Positions 28,303 to 38,837 of a stretch of DNA of 64,000 nucleotides are shown here, piece by piece; the stretch's first letter is position 1, and the number at the start of each line of letters is the position of its first letter. Both the position numbers and the translations under genes were made by a program. The notes below the pieces were generated by a model. That model searched no databases and was not told the DNA's origin. It saw only the letters and a program-made list of their open reading frames with translations. The DNA is from Candidatus Melainabacteria bacterium 17Bon1m (GTDB taxonomy: Bacteria > Cyanobacteriota > Vampirovibrionia > Obscuribacterales > Obscuribacteraceae), in assembly GCA_032128875.1 (NCBI GenBank), contig JAVLKG010000007.1:224001-288000 (forward strand), read 5' to 3'.

Positions 28303-29245
28303 GGCTGATATTCCTTCGGTTTTACTCTCTATGGGCAGCGCACGTGATGCTTTGTTGAAGCAGTCTCATGCGGCGCCCATAGAGAGTTTTGCGTTAGAGT
28401 CAGAAACTCGTTCCGCGCAGCAGACCCCCACCACTCTTGTCACCACATGCAGTGCCGTGATCCCGAAATTCAGGATCGGCACAAGATGCACTTGAGTAAG
28501 GTGAGATTAGTGGGGGACTGCTGAGGGAGCGGTAGTGCGAAAGGGAAAGTAAAAGAACAGGATCTGTAGCTATCAAGCTCGCACTTAGCAAAGTATTAGA
28601 GCATGTATATTTCGTGAGCTAAGAAAACACTCGCGCGCGCCTGCGGAATCTGGCGAAAGCGGCAACCGGTTTGAGTTTTTCTCTGACGCCGAAAGAAGAA
28701 CTATATGAACGCTGCGCTCATTATTTGCGCCGTTTAAGGACTTAACAGTGAGCGCGCGTTGGCCTAGGTGTTTCTAAAACCGTGTCAAAAAAATACCGGA
28801 ATTCGGTAACAATACCGGTTTACAATGTGCTTTACATCCAGCAAAAGAAGCGTTCTTAATCCGCAAACTCTTGGCCCACTTATAGTCTCTAATAACTACT
28901 TTGCTGAAAGCTCTTTGAACTTCCGATTGACTTATTTTCTTTGCTCTTACTAGAGTGATGTTCTTCCCTCCTCAGTCATCCTTCGTCGAGAAAAACCAGA
29001 ACTAGCCGCTTTCGTGTTTACACAAGCATCGAATCAGCACCAAAGCAGGTGTTCGTTCGAGCGCGCCGGTCGTTTTTTTCTGGGCAACTGATGCTGAGAT
29101 TTGTTGTCGGCTCTTCTGAAAGTTTGAGTCGAAACTCTTCGGGCGAGTGTTCTTGCGGTTGATGCCAAAAAGAGCGCACGCACTTATGCCTCCTCTACGA
29201 GGTCCACAGCCGCCACTACATGCGGTGCAACTTAATGGGTGCAGC

Positions 29246-29713
29246 ATGACCCAATCTTCCGATACAATCGCCTCAATCCGCAAGCAAATCTACGACGCGC
29301 TTCCGGACGGCGTTACCGTCAAATGGCCTGATCTCCTCGCCAAAGCCGGCGATCTGCGCGCTCACGTCGAATCACTCGCTTTCGGAAAACCCGACAGCGT
29401 TACTCGTCGCGGCGATCGCTTCCTCTGCTCGGGCAAAGTCCCGGCGCAGATGCCTCCGCGCTTCGGCTTCACTGCCTTCGCCGATAAGGAAGTTCGCTTC
29501 ACTGTGCGCGGTACGGGTGAACGGCTGATCATCAGCGACATCTCCGGTGTCAAAGTGCAGCCGCCTGTCGGCTTCAAGTTTTCCGTCACCGAGGTGATCA
29601 TCAGCACCGACGGCAAGGGCAACTTCACGCTCGGAACTTCCAAGTTCGGCGTGCCTCTCACCGTCACGCTCGACCCCAACGGCGATTTCGTCGGCTGGCG
29701 GTTCGGCAAATAA
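29246..29713 (+). CDS. Hypothetical beta-rich protein
   Basis: 155-aa ORF with coding-like codon bias; no family recognised. Confidence 0.6.
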   Translation: MTQSSDTIASIRKQIYDALPDGVTVKWPDLLAKAGDLRAHVESLAFGKPDSVTRRGDRFLCSGKVPAQMPPRFGFTAFADKEVRFTVRGTGERLIISDISGVKVQPPVGFKFSVTEVIISTDGKGNFTLGTSKFGVPLTVTLDPNGDFVGWRFGK

Positions 29714-29766
29714 TTTCGGCAAGTAAATCCGGCAAGTAAATCCGGCAAATAAATCCGGCAAGTAAA
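29702..29766. repeat. 13-bp tandem repeat (TCCGGCAAGTAAA, about 5 units)
   Basis: ttcggcaaataat ttcggcaagtaaa tccggcaagtaaa tccggcaaataaa tccggcaagtaaa; the first unit is the last codons and stop of the upstream CDS. Confidence 0.85.
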
Positions 29767-30117
29767 GTTGGCGTGAGCCAGGGCGGGGCGATGGTGAAAA
29801 CACTGTCGTCCTGCCGCTCTTGCGACGCGCACTACGGCTTCACAATCAAATCCACACGCACACCAGGAGTCACAAAATGCTCGATGTTGTTTTCGCGCAA
29901 ATCGGTAAGTTCCGCATGAGATCTGGTTCTTTGTGTTTTTTGGTGGTGACACTATGTGTGATAGTAAGATGCGTGCAAAAGGGAAAGAACAGAGGGTTTT
30001 TGGCCCTCCGTTCTTCCCAGAATCACTAGATGCCGTGAGGCATTCCGGGGAGCGTTCTAAGCTGGAGTTCTAGGCAAGTCCTCGCACATTCACGCTTGAA
30101 CCCTAGAACTCTTTCGC

Positions 30118-31101
30118 TTAGATGAACTCCTTGGTGGCAGCCTGCGGCGCGCCCGGAGGCAGCGCACGCAAGCCCCGCACGACGCCAGACTCCAAGTCAC
30201 TGCACTTGAAGACGACGTCGCCGTTGCGGTACGAACCGCTGACGACTTTGCCCATCACCTTGCGCGGAAGCAGCTCGGCGACGCCGAGTTCGATCGTCGG
30301 GTCGGAGTAGAACACGGTCATGCTGTGCGCATCCGACATGTCCGGAGTGGCGACGAAGATCGTGTGATCGACGTCGACCTTGGCGTTCAGGTCGGGCGCC
30401 TTGCCGTCGTGAGCGTCCAGCGTGGGGACGAACAGGTAGTCCTTGTCGTCCTGCTTGGTCGGCTCGTACGAGAAGAGCAGCGGCTTGGCGCGCTGGGCAT
30501 CGGTGTTGCTGAAGCAGCACACGGCGATCGCCCAGTTGGGGTACCACTTGGCGTAGGCCTTGAAGATCTCGTCGTTCAGCGCCGGGCGACGATCGTTGGA
30601 GATGGCATCGCTCTTGATGGCCTTGGCGAGGTCCTTGGCGCTCTTGGCGATGACGATGGTGTAGACGTCGAATTCGATGATGCGAACCGACTTGGAGTCG
30701 GCGCCGAAGGAGGCACCGCGGCGGCCGGCGCTGCGAGAGCGTGGCGTGAGCGCGGAGCGGATGTCCTTCAGGAAGTTCGGGCACGAGGTCGTGTCGATGA
30801 CCTCGATGTTGCCGACTGCGTCGGGAATGGGCAGAATCATCGCGTTGCCGGTTGAGGCAGCGGTGGTTTTGCCGGTCGCCTTGGGGGTCACCGCTTCCTC
30901 GAAGGACCAGTTGCCGCTGCGACGAGTGCCGCGACGAACGGGTTTGCGAGTGGTGGTCTCCTTCGGAGTCGCCACTGCGGGCGCGCCGGAAGCGAGATTG
31001 GACGCGGTGTTCTGATAGGCGAGGTAGCGACGACCGTCAGCCCCAACGAAAGCGCCGACGATCGTATCCGAGAAGTGAGCCGGGTGCAGTGAAACGCACA
31101 T
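30118..31101 (-). CDS. Conserved hypothetical protein
   Basis: ATG 31101 (MCVSLHPAHFSDT) behind AGGAG; strong codon bias; motif-like segments LAYQN, NAMILPIP, LFVPTLDAHDG, VDHTIF. Confidence 0.7.
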   Translation of the reverse strand: MCVSLHPAHFSDTIVGAFVGADGRRYLAYQNTASNLASGAPAVATPKETTTRKPVRRGTRRSGNWSFEEAVTPKATGKTTAASTGNAMILPIPDAVGNIEVIDTTSCPNFLKDIRSALTPRSRSAGRRGASFGADSKSVRIIEFDVYTIVIAKSAKDLAKAIKSDAISNDRRPALNDEIFKAYAKWYPNWAIAVCCFSNTDAQRAKPLLFSYEPTKQDDKDYLFVPTLDAHDGKAPDLNAKVDVDHTIFVATPDMSDAHSMTVFYSDPTIELGVAELLPRKVMGKVVSGSYRNGDVVFKCSDLESGVVRGLRALPPGAPQAATKEFI

Positions 31102-32171
31102 ACGTTGAATTCTCCTGGTCTTGTTGCCGCTCTTTGAACGCATCGCAAACCGCATTGCAGGGTGCATTGCAGAACATCGAGCAGAGTTTGTTTCGACGGA
31201 GTTGAAGCCGTCTAAAATATCCGAGCGCAAATCTGTCGCCATCACCGCGCGCGAAAGCCACGCCAAAACCGCCATCTATGCCTCATCGATGCGCAATGCG
31301 CATTGATGAAATAGAGTCGATTGGGCTGGGCGGCGGGTGAGAAAAGGTGATTTGAACTTGGACAAGAGAAAAAAGAAGCGACAAAAAGAGCCTATCCAGT
31401 GAACTCTTGAGTCTTCAAGCAGTGTCAAAGAATAAAAACTGACTGAGCGAGCTGAGAGAAGAGACGCTAGGTTTAGTTAGCGGTGGATAAGCTAGAGGAG
31501 AGCCAGTGGATGATGGTATCTCCGGCTCGAGACAACTTTTGCCGGCTTGGTGGTTGCAAAGGTGTGTGAGCTGCGCAAGGCTTGGTCTTGCTGCTGAAAA
31601 GGGTTTGCTGGTGTGGCATTTCACGATTGTCTGTCGAGGAGAACTCGAGCTACTTTCAGAACTCCAATATTAGTTGTGGCTTAATGACAACTTTTGCGCT
31701 GTTGCGTGAGGCTGGAATCAGGCAATACGTGACGCTTTCGCTCGTCGCCCAAAAAGAATTTTGTCAAGCGTCAAAAGATGCCTTTACTTTGAGAGCTCTT
31801 CACGGTTGTCAGTTGTTCTTTTGTTTGTATTGTCAACAGAACCAGTTGCTGATCCGCGCGCCTGTAACGGTTTCTTCTGACCAGATTTGTACTTGAGCAA
31901 GAGATCTTCCTAACGTATGGCGCTTCTTCACTTCGTTTCTAAACAACTAAACCAGTCTCCCAAAAACCCTTGCACACTCTTTCAGTTCATCTGAGTCCGT
32001 TCCCAAACGGCTGTGTGTGCTCGCGGATTGGTGATACCGCTGGTGGTGAAACAGGGTCTTAGAGAAGCACGGAATCGGCGCATTCCGCACTTGAAACTCG
32101 CGCAATGTCGCGCTTTCAAACACGCAAGCCGCGCCTCGAGCTTGCTGTAACAACGTATCCAGGAGACTCAC

Positions 32172-33152
32172 ATGGACCTCGGAATCGGAAGTATCGTAAC
32201 CATCTCTCTCATCGTGCTCGGCGGCATCATCCTGCTGTCCGCAGCTATCAGTTCGCTTTTCTCGGTCAGCAACCGCACGGTCAAGATCATCGAGCGCTTC
32301 GGCAAATACCAGCGCACTGCCGGCGCCGGTCTGAATGCGAAGATCCCTTTCATCGATACCGTCCGCGCCACGCTCAGCCTGCAGGTCGAGCAGCACACCA
32401 TCAATGTCGACTCCATCACCAAGGACAAGGTGTCTGTGCGCGTGAGCTGCACGGTCAACTACAACGTCCTGGAAGGTCGTGAAGCCGACTCGTTCTACAA
32501 GCTCGCCACCCCGAAGCAGCAGATCGAGACCTTCGTGTTCGACGTCGTTCGCTCGCAGGTGCCGAAGCTGACGCTGGACGAGATCTTCGACAGCAAGGAC
32601 CACATCGCCCAGGCCGTGCGCCAGGAGCTGATGCACGACATGACCGACTTCGGCTACGAGATTGGCAAGGTGCTGGTCACCGAAATCGAGCCGGACGCGA
32701 AGGTCAAGGCTGCGATGAACGAGATCAACGCCGCTCAGCGTGAGGCGCAGGCCGCCAACGCTCGCGGTGAAGCCGAGAAGACCCTGCGCGTGAAGAACGC
32801 CGAGGCTCAGGCCGAAGCCGACCGCCTCAAGGGTGAAGGTATCGCCGCTCAGCGTCTCGCCATCATCAACGGCGCCAAGCAGTCGGTGGAAGAGCTGAAG
32901 TCCGCGTATCCGGGCGTGAGTGAGGAAACCCTCATGAACATGCTCATGATGACGCAGTACTTCGAGACCCTGTCTCAGCTCGGCGGCAAGGCCGGCGACA
33001 AGGTCATCTTCGTGCCCGTCACTCCGGACGGCGTCGGTGCGTTCCGCCAGCAGATCATGGAAGGCCTGGCCGCAACCCCGGCTACCCGTCCGTCTCTCGC
33101 CAAGGGCGACGCGCATGCCCGTGGTGCTGAAGGCGAAGGTCAGAAGAGCTAA
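32172..33152 (+). CDS. SPFH / band 7 family membrane protein
   Basis: N-terminal TM, IIERFGKY...GLN.KIPFID, TKDKV.V, AMNEINAAQR, AEA-rich coiled coil, TQYFETL. Confidence 0.92.
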   Translation: MDLGIGSIVTISLIVLGGIILLSAAISSLFSVSNRTVKIIERFGKYQRTAGAGLNAKIPFIDTVRATLSLQVEQHTINVDSITKDKVSVRVSCTVNYNVLEGREADSFYKLATPKQQIETFVFDVVRSQVPKLTLDEIFDSKDHIAQAVRQELMHDMTDFGYEIGKVLVTEIEPDAKVKAAMNEINAAQREAQAANARGEAEKTLRVKNAEAQAEADRLKGEGIAAQRLAIINGAKQSVEELKSAYPGVSEETLMNMLMMTQYFETLSQLGGKAGDKVIFVPVTPDGVGAFRQQIMEGLAATPATRPSLAKGDAHARGAEGEGQKS

Positions 33153-33452
33153 GTGCTAAAAGCACTGATCGCGACCCAAACTCAAAGTGGCATAGGCGCT
33201 AGAAGCTGACGGCAAGCGGCAGGTTTTGGTGGTCGTTGGAGTTGCGTAAAGCAGCTCTCTTCGACCATCTTCTCCTGCTGCTTGTTTTACTGACTGCCGA
33301 TACTAAAGCGCGTAGTATAAGCATGATCTGGAAGAACAGGCGAGGTTGCGACTCCGGAGCCGAATGCTTTCGCAATCGGTTATTCCGAAGCACAACCCCG
33401 CCTGCCTTTGTACGCCGTTAATTCAGGCGTCTACGTCAGCAGCGTTCTCTGC

Positions 33453-33962
33453 TTATCGAGGCGTCCCCATCGAGATGGCGACGACTGCGATTGACTGATG
33501 CGCCAGGGCGCGAACGGCGAGAATGAAGGATTCCAGCGCGACGAGGCAGGCTGCCAGTTGATTGGCGGCGCCATCGGCCCGCAATCCAGCTTCCGCGTCC
33601 ACGTAGCCCATCGCAGCGGAATGCTGCGTTTGCTGCAGGATGTCGCGGCGTTGCCGCGCTTGAGTGATGTACCTTTCGGTCATCTGAACCAGCGCACCCG
33701 CCTGAGCATGCACGTAGTCCAGCTGACGCCCGCGAACACTGTGAGCCGACGCCGTATTAGCGGCAGTTTCCCGGGCGCTCACGGCGAGTTCGGATGCCTG
33801 GCGGAACAATTCCGCAGGCGAGGTGCAAGACTCGTGATTCTGATGGTTGTCGCACAGACCCAGTTCGCCGTGCGCGAAGGTCGCACATTGCTCCTGAGCG
33901 GTCAGCGACAAAAGCAACAGCCCGAGTAAATCGGGCTTTGCTTCGTTGGTCTTTTCCGTCAT
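33453..33962 (-). CDS. Hypothetical helical protein
   Basis: ORF with AAAGGA RBS before MTEKTNE; co-oriented with the HEAT-repeat gene. Confidence 0.5.
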   Translation of the reverse strand: MTEKTNEAKPDLLGLLLLSLTAQEQCATFAHGELGLCDNHQNHESCTSPAELFRQASELAVSARETAANTASAHSVRGRQLDYVHAQAGALVQMTERYITQARQRRDILQQTQHSAAMGYVDAEAGLRADGAANQLAACLVALESFILAVRALAHQSIAVVAISMGTPR

Positions 33963-34025
33963 TCTTGTCCTTTGATGCGTTAGCATCTCTGCGCAGTGTG
34001 GTGGTTTTCTTCTCGATGCCGTCGC

Positions 34026-34643
34026 TTACTTCAGGGGCGGTGCGAAAGGTGCGGGCGTGGACAGGTCGCGGGCATGCTCGGCTTGTTTTGCGGCAGCGCT
34101 GACGCTCGGGTCACTGTCCTGCTTGGCGCGCGTGATGAAGTAAGCCGCCTGCGGATAGGTCAGCTGCGCAGCTGCTTCCACAATGCACCGGCGCACGACG
34201 GCGTTCTTCTCCTTGCTGTACGAGGACTCGAGAATCTCAAGCAACTGCGGCTCGACGTTGCGAGCATGTCCAACCGCAGCCGGATTCTGCTTCTGGTTGA
34301 TGGCGATCTGCTTGAAGGCATTCGCGACCGAAGCGCGCACAGTCGGGTCGCTGTCCGTCTGGAGCGCCTGCGCCAGAGTGTTGAGCTCGTTGGTCGACGG
34401 GGTCGTGACGTGCTTGCCGAGCCACGCGACTGCCTGAAGGCGTTCGGTGGTCTGCGTTGAAGTGCTCAGCCTGGTGAGGCTCGAGGTCACCAGCGGCTGC
34501 GACACCTGCACGCGCGACTGTTGGGCGAGGCCGACCAGACTGGGGGAGAATGCCACCAGGGTGACCGCGCTCATGGCGAGGATGACGGCGACGATGCTCA
34601 GCTGGAATCGTTGAGTTTGTTTCGGACTTTGGCTTTGGGCCAT
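34026..34643 (-). CDS. HEAT/PBS-lyase repeat protein with N-terminal signal/TM
   Basis: DSDPTVRASVANAF, EKNAVVRRCIVEA and DSDPSVSAAAKQA repeats. Confidence 0.7.
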   Translation of the reverse strand: MAQSQSPKQTQRFQLSIVAVILAMSAVTLVAFSPSLVGLAQQSRVQVSQPLVTSSLTRLSTSTQTTERLQAVAWLGKHVTTPSTNELNTLAQALQTDSDPTVRASVANAFKQIAINQKQNPAAVGHARNVEPQLLEILESSYSKEKNAVVRRCIVEAAAQLTYPQAAYFITRAKQDSDPSVSAAAKQAEHARDLSTPAPFAPPLK

Positions 34644-35053
34644 ATCTTCTCCTAAAGGTTTGAGTGCCGGTTGCCTCAGCATTGGCACGACCGGGGGAAA
34701 ACTATTGAATCGTCCTTCGTTTTTGTCTTCTCACCAAAAACTCAAAGCACGTGCTCCCCTTGCCACCTGACCGCAGGCGGAAGAAAAAACAAAAGGGAGT
34801 ACAGAACAGAGCTTTGGGTTTGAACGGATACTGGAGGTGAGAGAAAAAACGAATACTAAAAACCTATCCGTAGAACCTGTTTGGCTCAATGAACATCTCT
34901 TGATATGTTGTAAAGTTGTATTTCAACAGTTCGCTTCGCTTGCCGAGCTTGGCGAACTTTTCTTTAGGCGCTTTTCAGCGTGTGTCGAAGAAGCGCATGA
35001 ACAGCCGTTTGCGCTAGGTCTTGTTAAGGAAAACGAAAATTTATTGCTAAGAG

Positions 35054-35620
35054 CTAGTGTCCGCGCCGCTTTCTGCCCTTCGCTTCTTTCATCGGTTTGG
35101 GTTCCGGCCCACCGTAAATGTCTTCGTGGGTTAGACCGTTCACATCCGTGACCCGCGGATAACCCTGCATTTCGGGCGTAAGCTTCAAAGTCATTGTCAG
35201 TGAAAACGGTATAACTTTGTCTGGTTTTCCTTCGACTTTGATGATGTTCTTGCCGGCTACTTTGAAGGGCGTCGATGTCTTATCGATTGGAACCATAGCG
35301 GTTGCAGAAGTGACTTCTACGACATTCCGGCGCTTCTCGTCTTCGGCAATTGTCTTCTCTTTGATGACGTCCAATCCGGCGTTGGGTATCACTTCCAACT
35401 TCGAAAGTTTGGCGATGCAATCATCAGTTAATTCTTGTCCGCGCAAGAAGTTTGTCGATTCAGAGAGAGTCGATGGATCTCTGTCCAGCAAATGTTTTGT
35501 TACCTGAATCGCCATTTTCTTCATCGTCTCAGCACGCTCTTTGGCTTGCTGTTCGGGGCTTTCGCAGCCTGCTAAAAACGATAACGCAATGAGAGCGCTC
35601 AAGGTTTTTATGACTGCCAT
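35054..35620 (-). CDS. Hypothetical lipoprotein
   Basis: MAVIKTLSALIALSFLAGC lipobox; the upstream part of the 321-aa ORF overlaps the opposite-strand gene and is likely spurious. Confidence 0.65.
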   Translation of the reverse strand: MAVIKTLSALIALSFLAGCESPEQQAKERAETMKKMAIQVTKHLLDRDPSTLSESTNFLRGQELTDDCIAKLSKLEVIPNAGLDVIKEKTIAEDEKRRNVVEVTSATAMVPIDKTSTPFKVAGKNIIKVEGKPDKVIPFSLTMTLKLTPEMQGYPRVTDVNGLTHEDIYGGPEPKPMKEAKGRKRRGH

Positions 35621-35837
35621 TTTGGAGGCTACGGTGATTTTGATTTCCATGACGTGACTTGCTTCAGGTTTGGTGCCGGGGAAGCAATTATCATACGTGC
35701 AGGCTGAAATGTCCTCTCTTGACCATTGGCATGTAAAGCGACTGTTGTAATTGAAGGTGATTTGCAAGATTGTTTGTTTTGCTTGATGCCTTCGGAAACC
35801 TTGATGAATAGCGACGTTTGATAGGTTATCAAATTCA

Positions 35838-36572
35838 ATGACTGCAATTTTTTTGGAAAACCTCACCTGGCTGGAAGCTGAAGAAGTTTTGCGCGAAGAC
35901 TCAATGATCGTCATTCCGCTTGGTGCCGCGCTGAAAGAACACGGCAAACATTTGCCACTCAACAACGACAAATTATTAGTGGACGGTTTGGTCGATAATC
36001 TTGGAAAACGGCTAAACATCGTCGTTATGCCAACGATCGGAACTTCGTTTTACCCAGCCTTTGTCGAATATCCAGGTTCTATTTCGCTTTCATTGGAAAC
36101 ATCCGCAGCTCTTATCGGGGAAACTTGCACTGGACTTGCGCGGTTTGGCTGCAAGAAGATTTACGTTCTGAATACCGGGGTTTCCACATCCCGAGTTCTG
36201 GATAAGGTGAGTGAATTTTTGAAGGAAAACCACCCCGCTCTCAAATTCTCTTACACGGATTTTAAAACGGCGCTCGAGGTTGCCGCACAGGGAATTTCGC
36301 AACAGTCTGGTGGTGGGCACGCCGATGAAATTGAAACATCGATGATGCTTTTTCTTGCACCGCAGGTGGTGCATATGGAGAAGGCAGAAAAGGACTTTCA
36401 TGGAAATGCTCCCGGTCCGCTTCACCGAGATGAGCAAAAGGCGCGCGATGCCAATGCTGTTTATTCACCGACCGGAGCTTGGGGTGATCCTACGCTAGCC
36501 ACTAAAGAGAAGGGTGAAACGATTGTGAACCGACTTCTGGACCGGATTGAGAACGACATCAAAAAAATGTAG
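35838..36572 (+). CDS. Creatininase / creatinine amidohydrolase family protein
   Basis: KEHGKHLPLNND, YPGSISLS, GHADEIETSMML, GAWGDPTLATKEKG. Confidence 0.9.
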   Translation: MTAIFLENLTWLEAEEVLREDSMIVIPLGAALKEHGKHLPLNNDKLLVDGLVDNLGKRLNIVVMPTIGTSFYPAFVEYPGSISLSLETSAALIGETCTGLARFGCKKIYVLNTGVSTSRVLDKVSEFLKENHPALKFSYTDFKTALEVAAQGISQQSGGGHADEIETSMMLFLAPQVVHMEKAEKDFHGNAPGPLHRDEQKARDANAVYSPTGAWGDPTLATKEKGETIVNRLLDRIENDIKKM

Positions 36573-36625
36573 GTGCGATGCCATGCATCGCCCTGGCTGC
36601 GTAATGGCGCATCATATGTAATGTT

Positions 36626-36710
36626 TCGTAGGGTAAGCGCATGCGTAATGTTTCGTAGGGGAAGCGCATGCACTTCCCTGACCAGGGAGCTGCAGGCGGC
36701 TCCCATACGA
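36626..36710. repeat. REP doublet with a partially duplicated arm
   Basis: tcGTAGGGTAAGCGCATGC repeated, then tcGTAGGGGAAGCGCATGCACTTCCCTGACCAGGGAGCTGCAGGCGGCTCCCATACga; lies between convergent genes. Confidence 0.65.
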
Positions 36711-37145
36711 TTAGAAACGAACGGGTGACGGTTTGAAATAGCTTGATGAGGCAGGCGCTGCCGGCAGTTCAAAACTGTTTCTGCGAGTCCTCTTGGGCTG
36801 TTGTTGTTTGCTCACGAAGAGACGAAGCACGGCAATCATAATGGCTGGGATGCCGATGCATGCACCGAATACCCCAGTGTACCCATCGAACAAACCATTG
36901 ATAATCGCCGTGCTAGTCAAATCGTTACCCTTTGCCAAATCGTTGATTCCACTGAAATTGCTGTAGTCTTGTACATAAATAGTCTGGCAGCAAACTGGCT
37001 CTGCAAAAGCATTTGGACTAGCGCTAACGCCGTCGATGACCATGTATTGCGCATTTGCTGCAGGTGTGGCAAATGCCACTGCCAGTGATGCCATGAGAAC
37101 AGCCTTGGTGATGTTTTTCTTTGAAATAACAGCGTATGAGTTCAT
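36711..37145 (-). CDS. Hypothetical exported/membrane protein
   Basis: Signal peptide ending PAANA-QY and a C-terminal hydrophobic helix. Confidence 0.55.
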   Translation of the reverse strand: MNSYAVISKKNITKAVLMASLAVAFATPAANAQYMVIDGVSASPNAFAEPVCCQTIYVQDYSNFSGINDLAKGNDLTSTAIINGLFDGYTGVFGACIGIPAIMIAVLRLFVSKQQQPKRTRRNSFELPAAPASSSYFKPSPVRF

Positions 37146-37189
37146 GTCGACCTCAGTGTGAAAGGTGGGTTGGACTGCATTTGAATGTC

Positions 37190-37756
37190 TTAGCTAAAGA
37201 GATTCGCGTCGCGTGCAGAGGCGACCAACCAGTTGATCAGCCCAGGTGTCGCCAGACCGCCGGTTACTCCGCAGCATCCGTGGATGATGCCTTTTACAGC
37301 GTCTTTGCTCCCGGCTGCCATCTTCATGAAGCCGTAAATGAGAGTCGGTCCGCCCCAGGCAACGCCGAGAATTTCCATGCCGTTGGCGATGATATTGAGC
37401 AAAGCTTCCAGGTTGGAGAGGTTGTTTACGCGTACTGTTCCGGCGGTGTTTATGCCTGTGATGTAGGTGGCATCAGCGCCCTGTGGCGCGATTGTTCCAT
37501 TTGTCGCGCCTTGTAGCTTTGGCGCGAGGGCATCCATGAAATGAAAACTTTGTGTTCCGGTATTGCCTTCGTAAGAGCTGGCAAACTGTCCGTGATTGTC
37601 GGCGAATGGATCGAGCGATGGTTGAGAAACGGTTGTGTACTGTGCTTGCGCGGGCGCGGTGCTGAGCAATCCCAGGGTGAAAAGTGAAACCAGAAGAAGA
37701 GAGAATGACAGTTTTTTCTTGCCAGTGTGCTCGCTGTTTTCGCGTCTCATTTTCAA
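37190..37756 (-). CDS. Hypothetical exported protein with a two-helix hydrophobic C-terminus (pilin-like?)
   Basis: Signal peptide ending PAQA-QY; C-terminal Gly-rich hydrophobic hairpin. Confidence 0.55.
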   Translation of the reverse strand: MKMRRENSEHTGKKKLSFSLLLVSLFTLGLLSTAPAQAQYTTVSQPSLDPFADNHGQFASSYEGNTGTQSFHFMDALAPKLQGATNGTIAPQGADATYITGINTAGTVRVNNLSNLEALLNIIANGMEILGVAWGGPTLIYGFMKMAAGSKDAVKGIIHGCCGVTGGLATPGLINWLVASARDANLFS

Positions 37757-38372
37757 ACTCCTTGTAGAACCGCTAGCCCGGTGGCTGCCTGTGCCGACTA
37801 ATTTAGTCGCGGGTTGTGGTCTAACTCGGGTCGATCTGTGGCGGACTTGTGGCGGGCAGATTAGAAGGAGTTGAACATCATCGAATTCGGAGTGAAATGA
37901 GAATTGAAGCCTGATCGTCTGGTCCTCGCGCTAACTGGCGAAGTTTCATCCAGGGACAGATGAGAATGTGAGCGATCTAAGAGTTCATGAGGAGTTGTGA
38001 CCTATCACCCCGTAGGCGGCAGTCCGGTCAAGAGCGGAAAGTTTGGGCCCGCTTGCCCATTAAGAACATCTTCACGATGTAAAGAAGAAAAAACTGCAAC
38101 GTTTATATCTTCAGATGCTCAAACTACTTAGGCTCTTAAATGTTCTATTTCTCTTCCCTAAGTCATATGCAGGAATCTTCCTCAGTCACCTAAAAGCGAA
38201 TATTCACCAGGTAAAAGCACTTGGTCATGGGCAAAACGTTGCCTTCGCTGTGGACTGAGGTTTGGTTTTCCAGCTCGAAAGACTGGCTGTATGTGTGTTA
38301 CGGGAATCGTCTCTGGCGCGAGCAGAAGTTCGTGTCCAACATTCACCGAACTCTAAATTCAGGAGCAACGCG

Positions 38373-38837
38373 ATGCAAGAGGTTTTCCTCAACCTCATCC
38401 GCTCAATCTTTGGCGGGCTGACACCACGTCTCGACCTCGATTGCGGCGGCAGCGATTCCGATAGCGGTAACTGCAGCGACTGCGGTGGCAGCGACAGCGA
38501 TAGCGGCGATTCGTCCAAGGGGATCGAAGGCGCCAGCAGCTCTGCCGATGTCTCATCTGATGCAACTGACAGCTCCGACAGCTCCGGCTCGTCGAGCGAC
38601 CGTCGCTCCCGCGACGCTGGTCTGGTAGGTGGTGCCGCTGCCGGTGCCGCCATTGCTCATCAACGTCGCAAGAAGGGACAGCGCAATGCAAATGACGCAA
38701 CCGATGAAGACCTTGCCTCTATCCCCCGTTGCCAGCGAGCTGAATGCCAGCGCAACGGTCGATGCGACTGTGACAACGGCGACGGCGGCGAACCATACGG
38801 CAAGCGCCCCGTCCGTATCCGCCTACGTAAGCGCTAG
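38373..38837 (+). CDS. Hypothetical Ser/Asp/Gly-rich protein
   Basis: AGGAG RBS, DCGGSDSDSG duplicated, GLVGGAAAGAAIA helix; the 3' end overlaps the next ORF. Confidence 0.5.
   Translation: MQEVFLNLIRSIFGGLTPRLDLDCGGSDSDSGNCSDCGGSDSDSGDSSKGIEGASSSADVSSDATDSSDSSGSSSDRRSRDAGLVGGAAAGAAIAHQRRKKGQRNANDATDEDLASIPRCQRAECQRNGRCDCDNGDGGEPYGKRPVRIRLRKR

Noticed and set aside
33290-33420. Possible tRNA/ncRNA after the SPFH gene
   Set aside because: No cloverleaf, T-loop GTTCRA or CCA end could be built.
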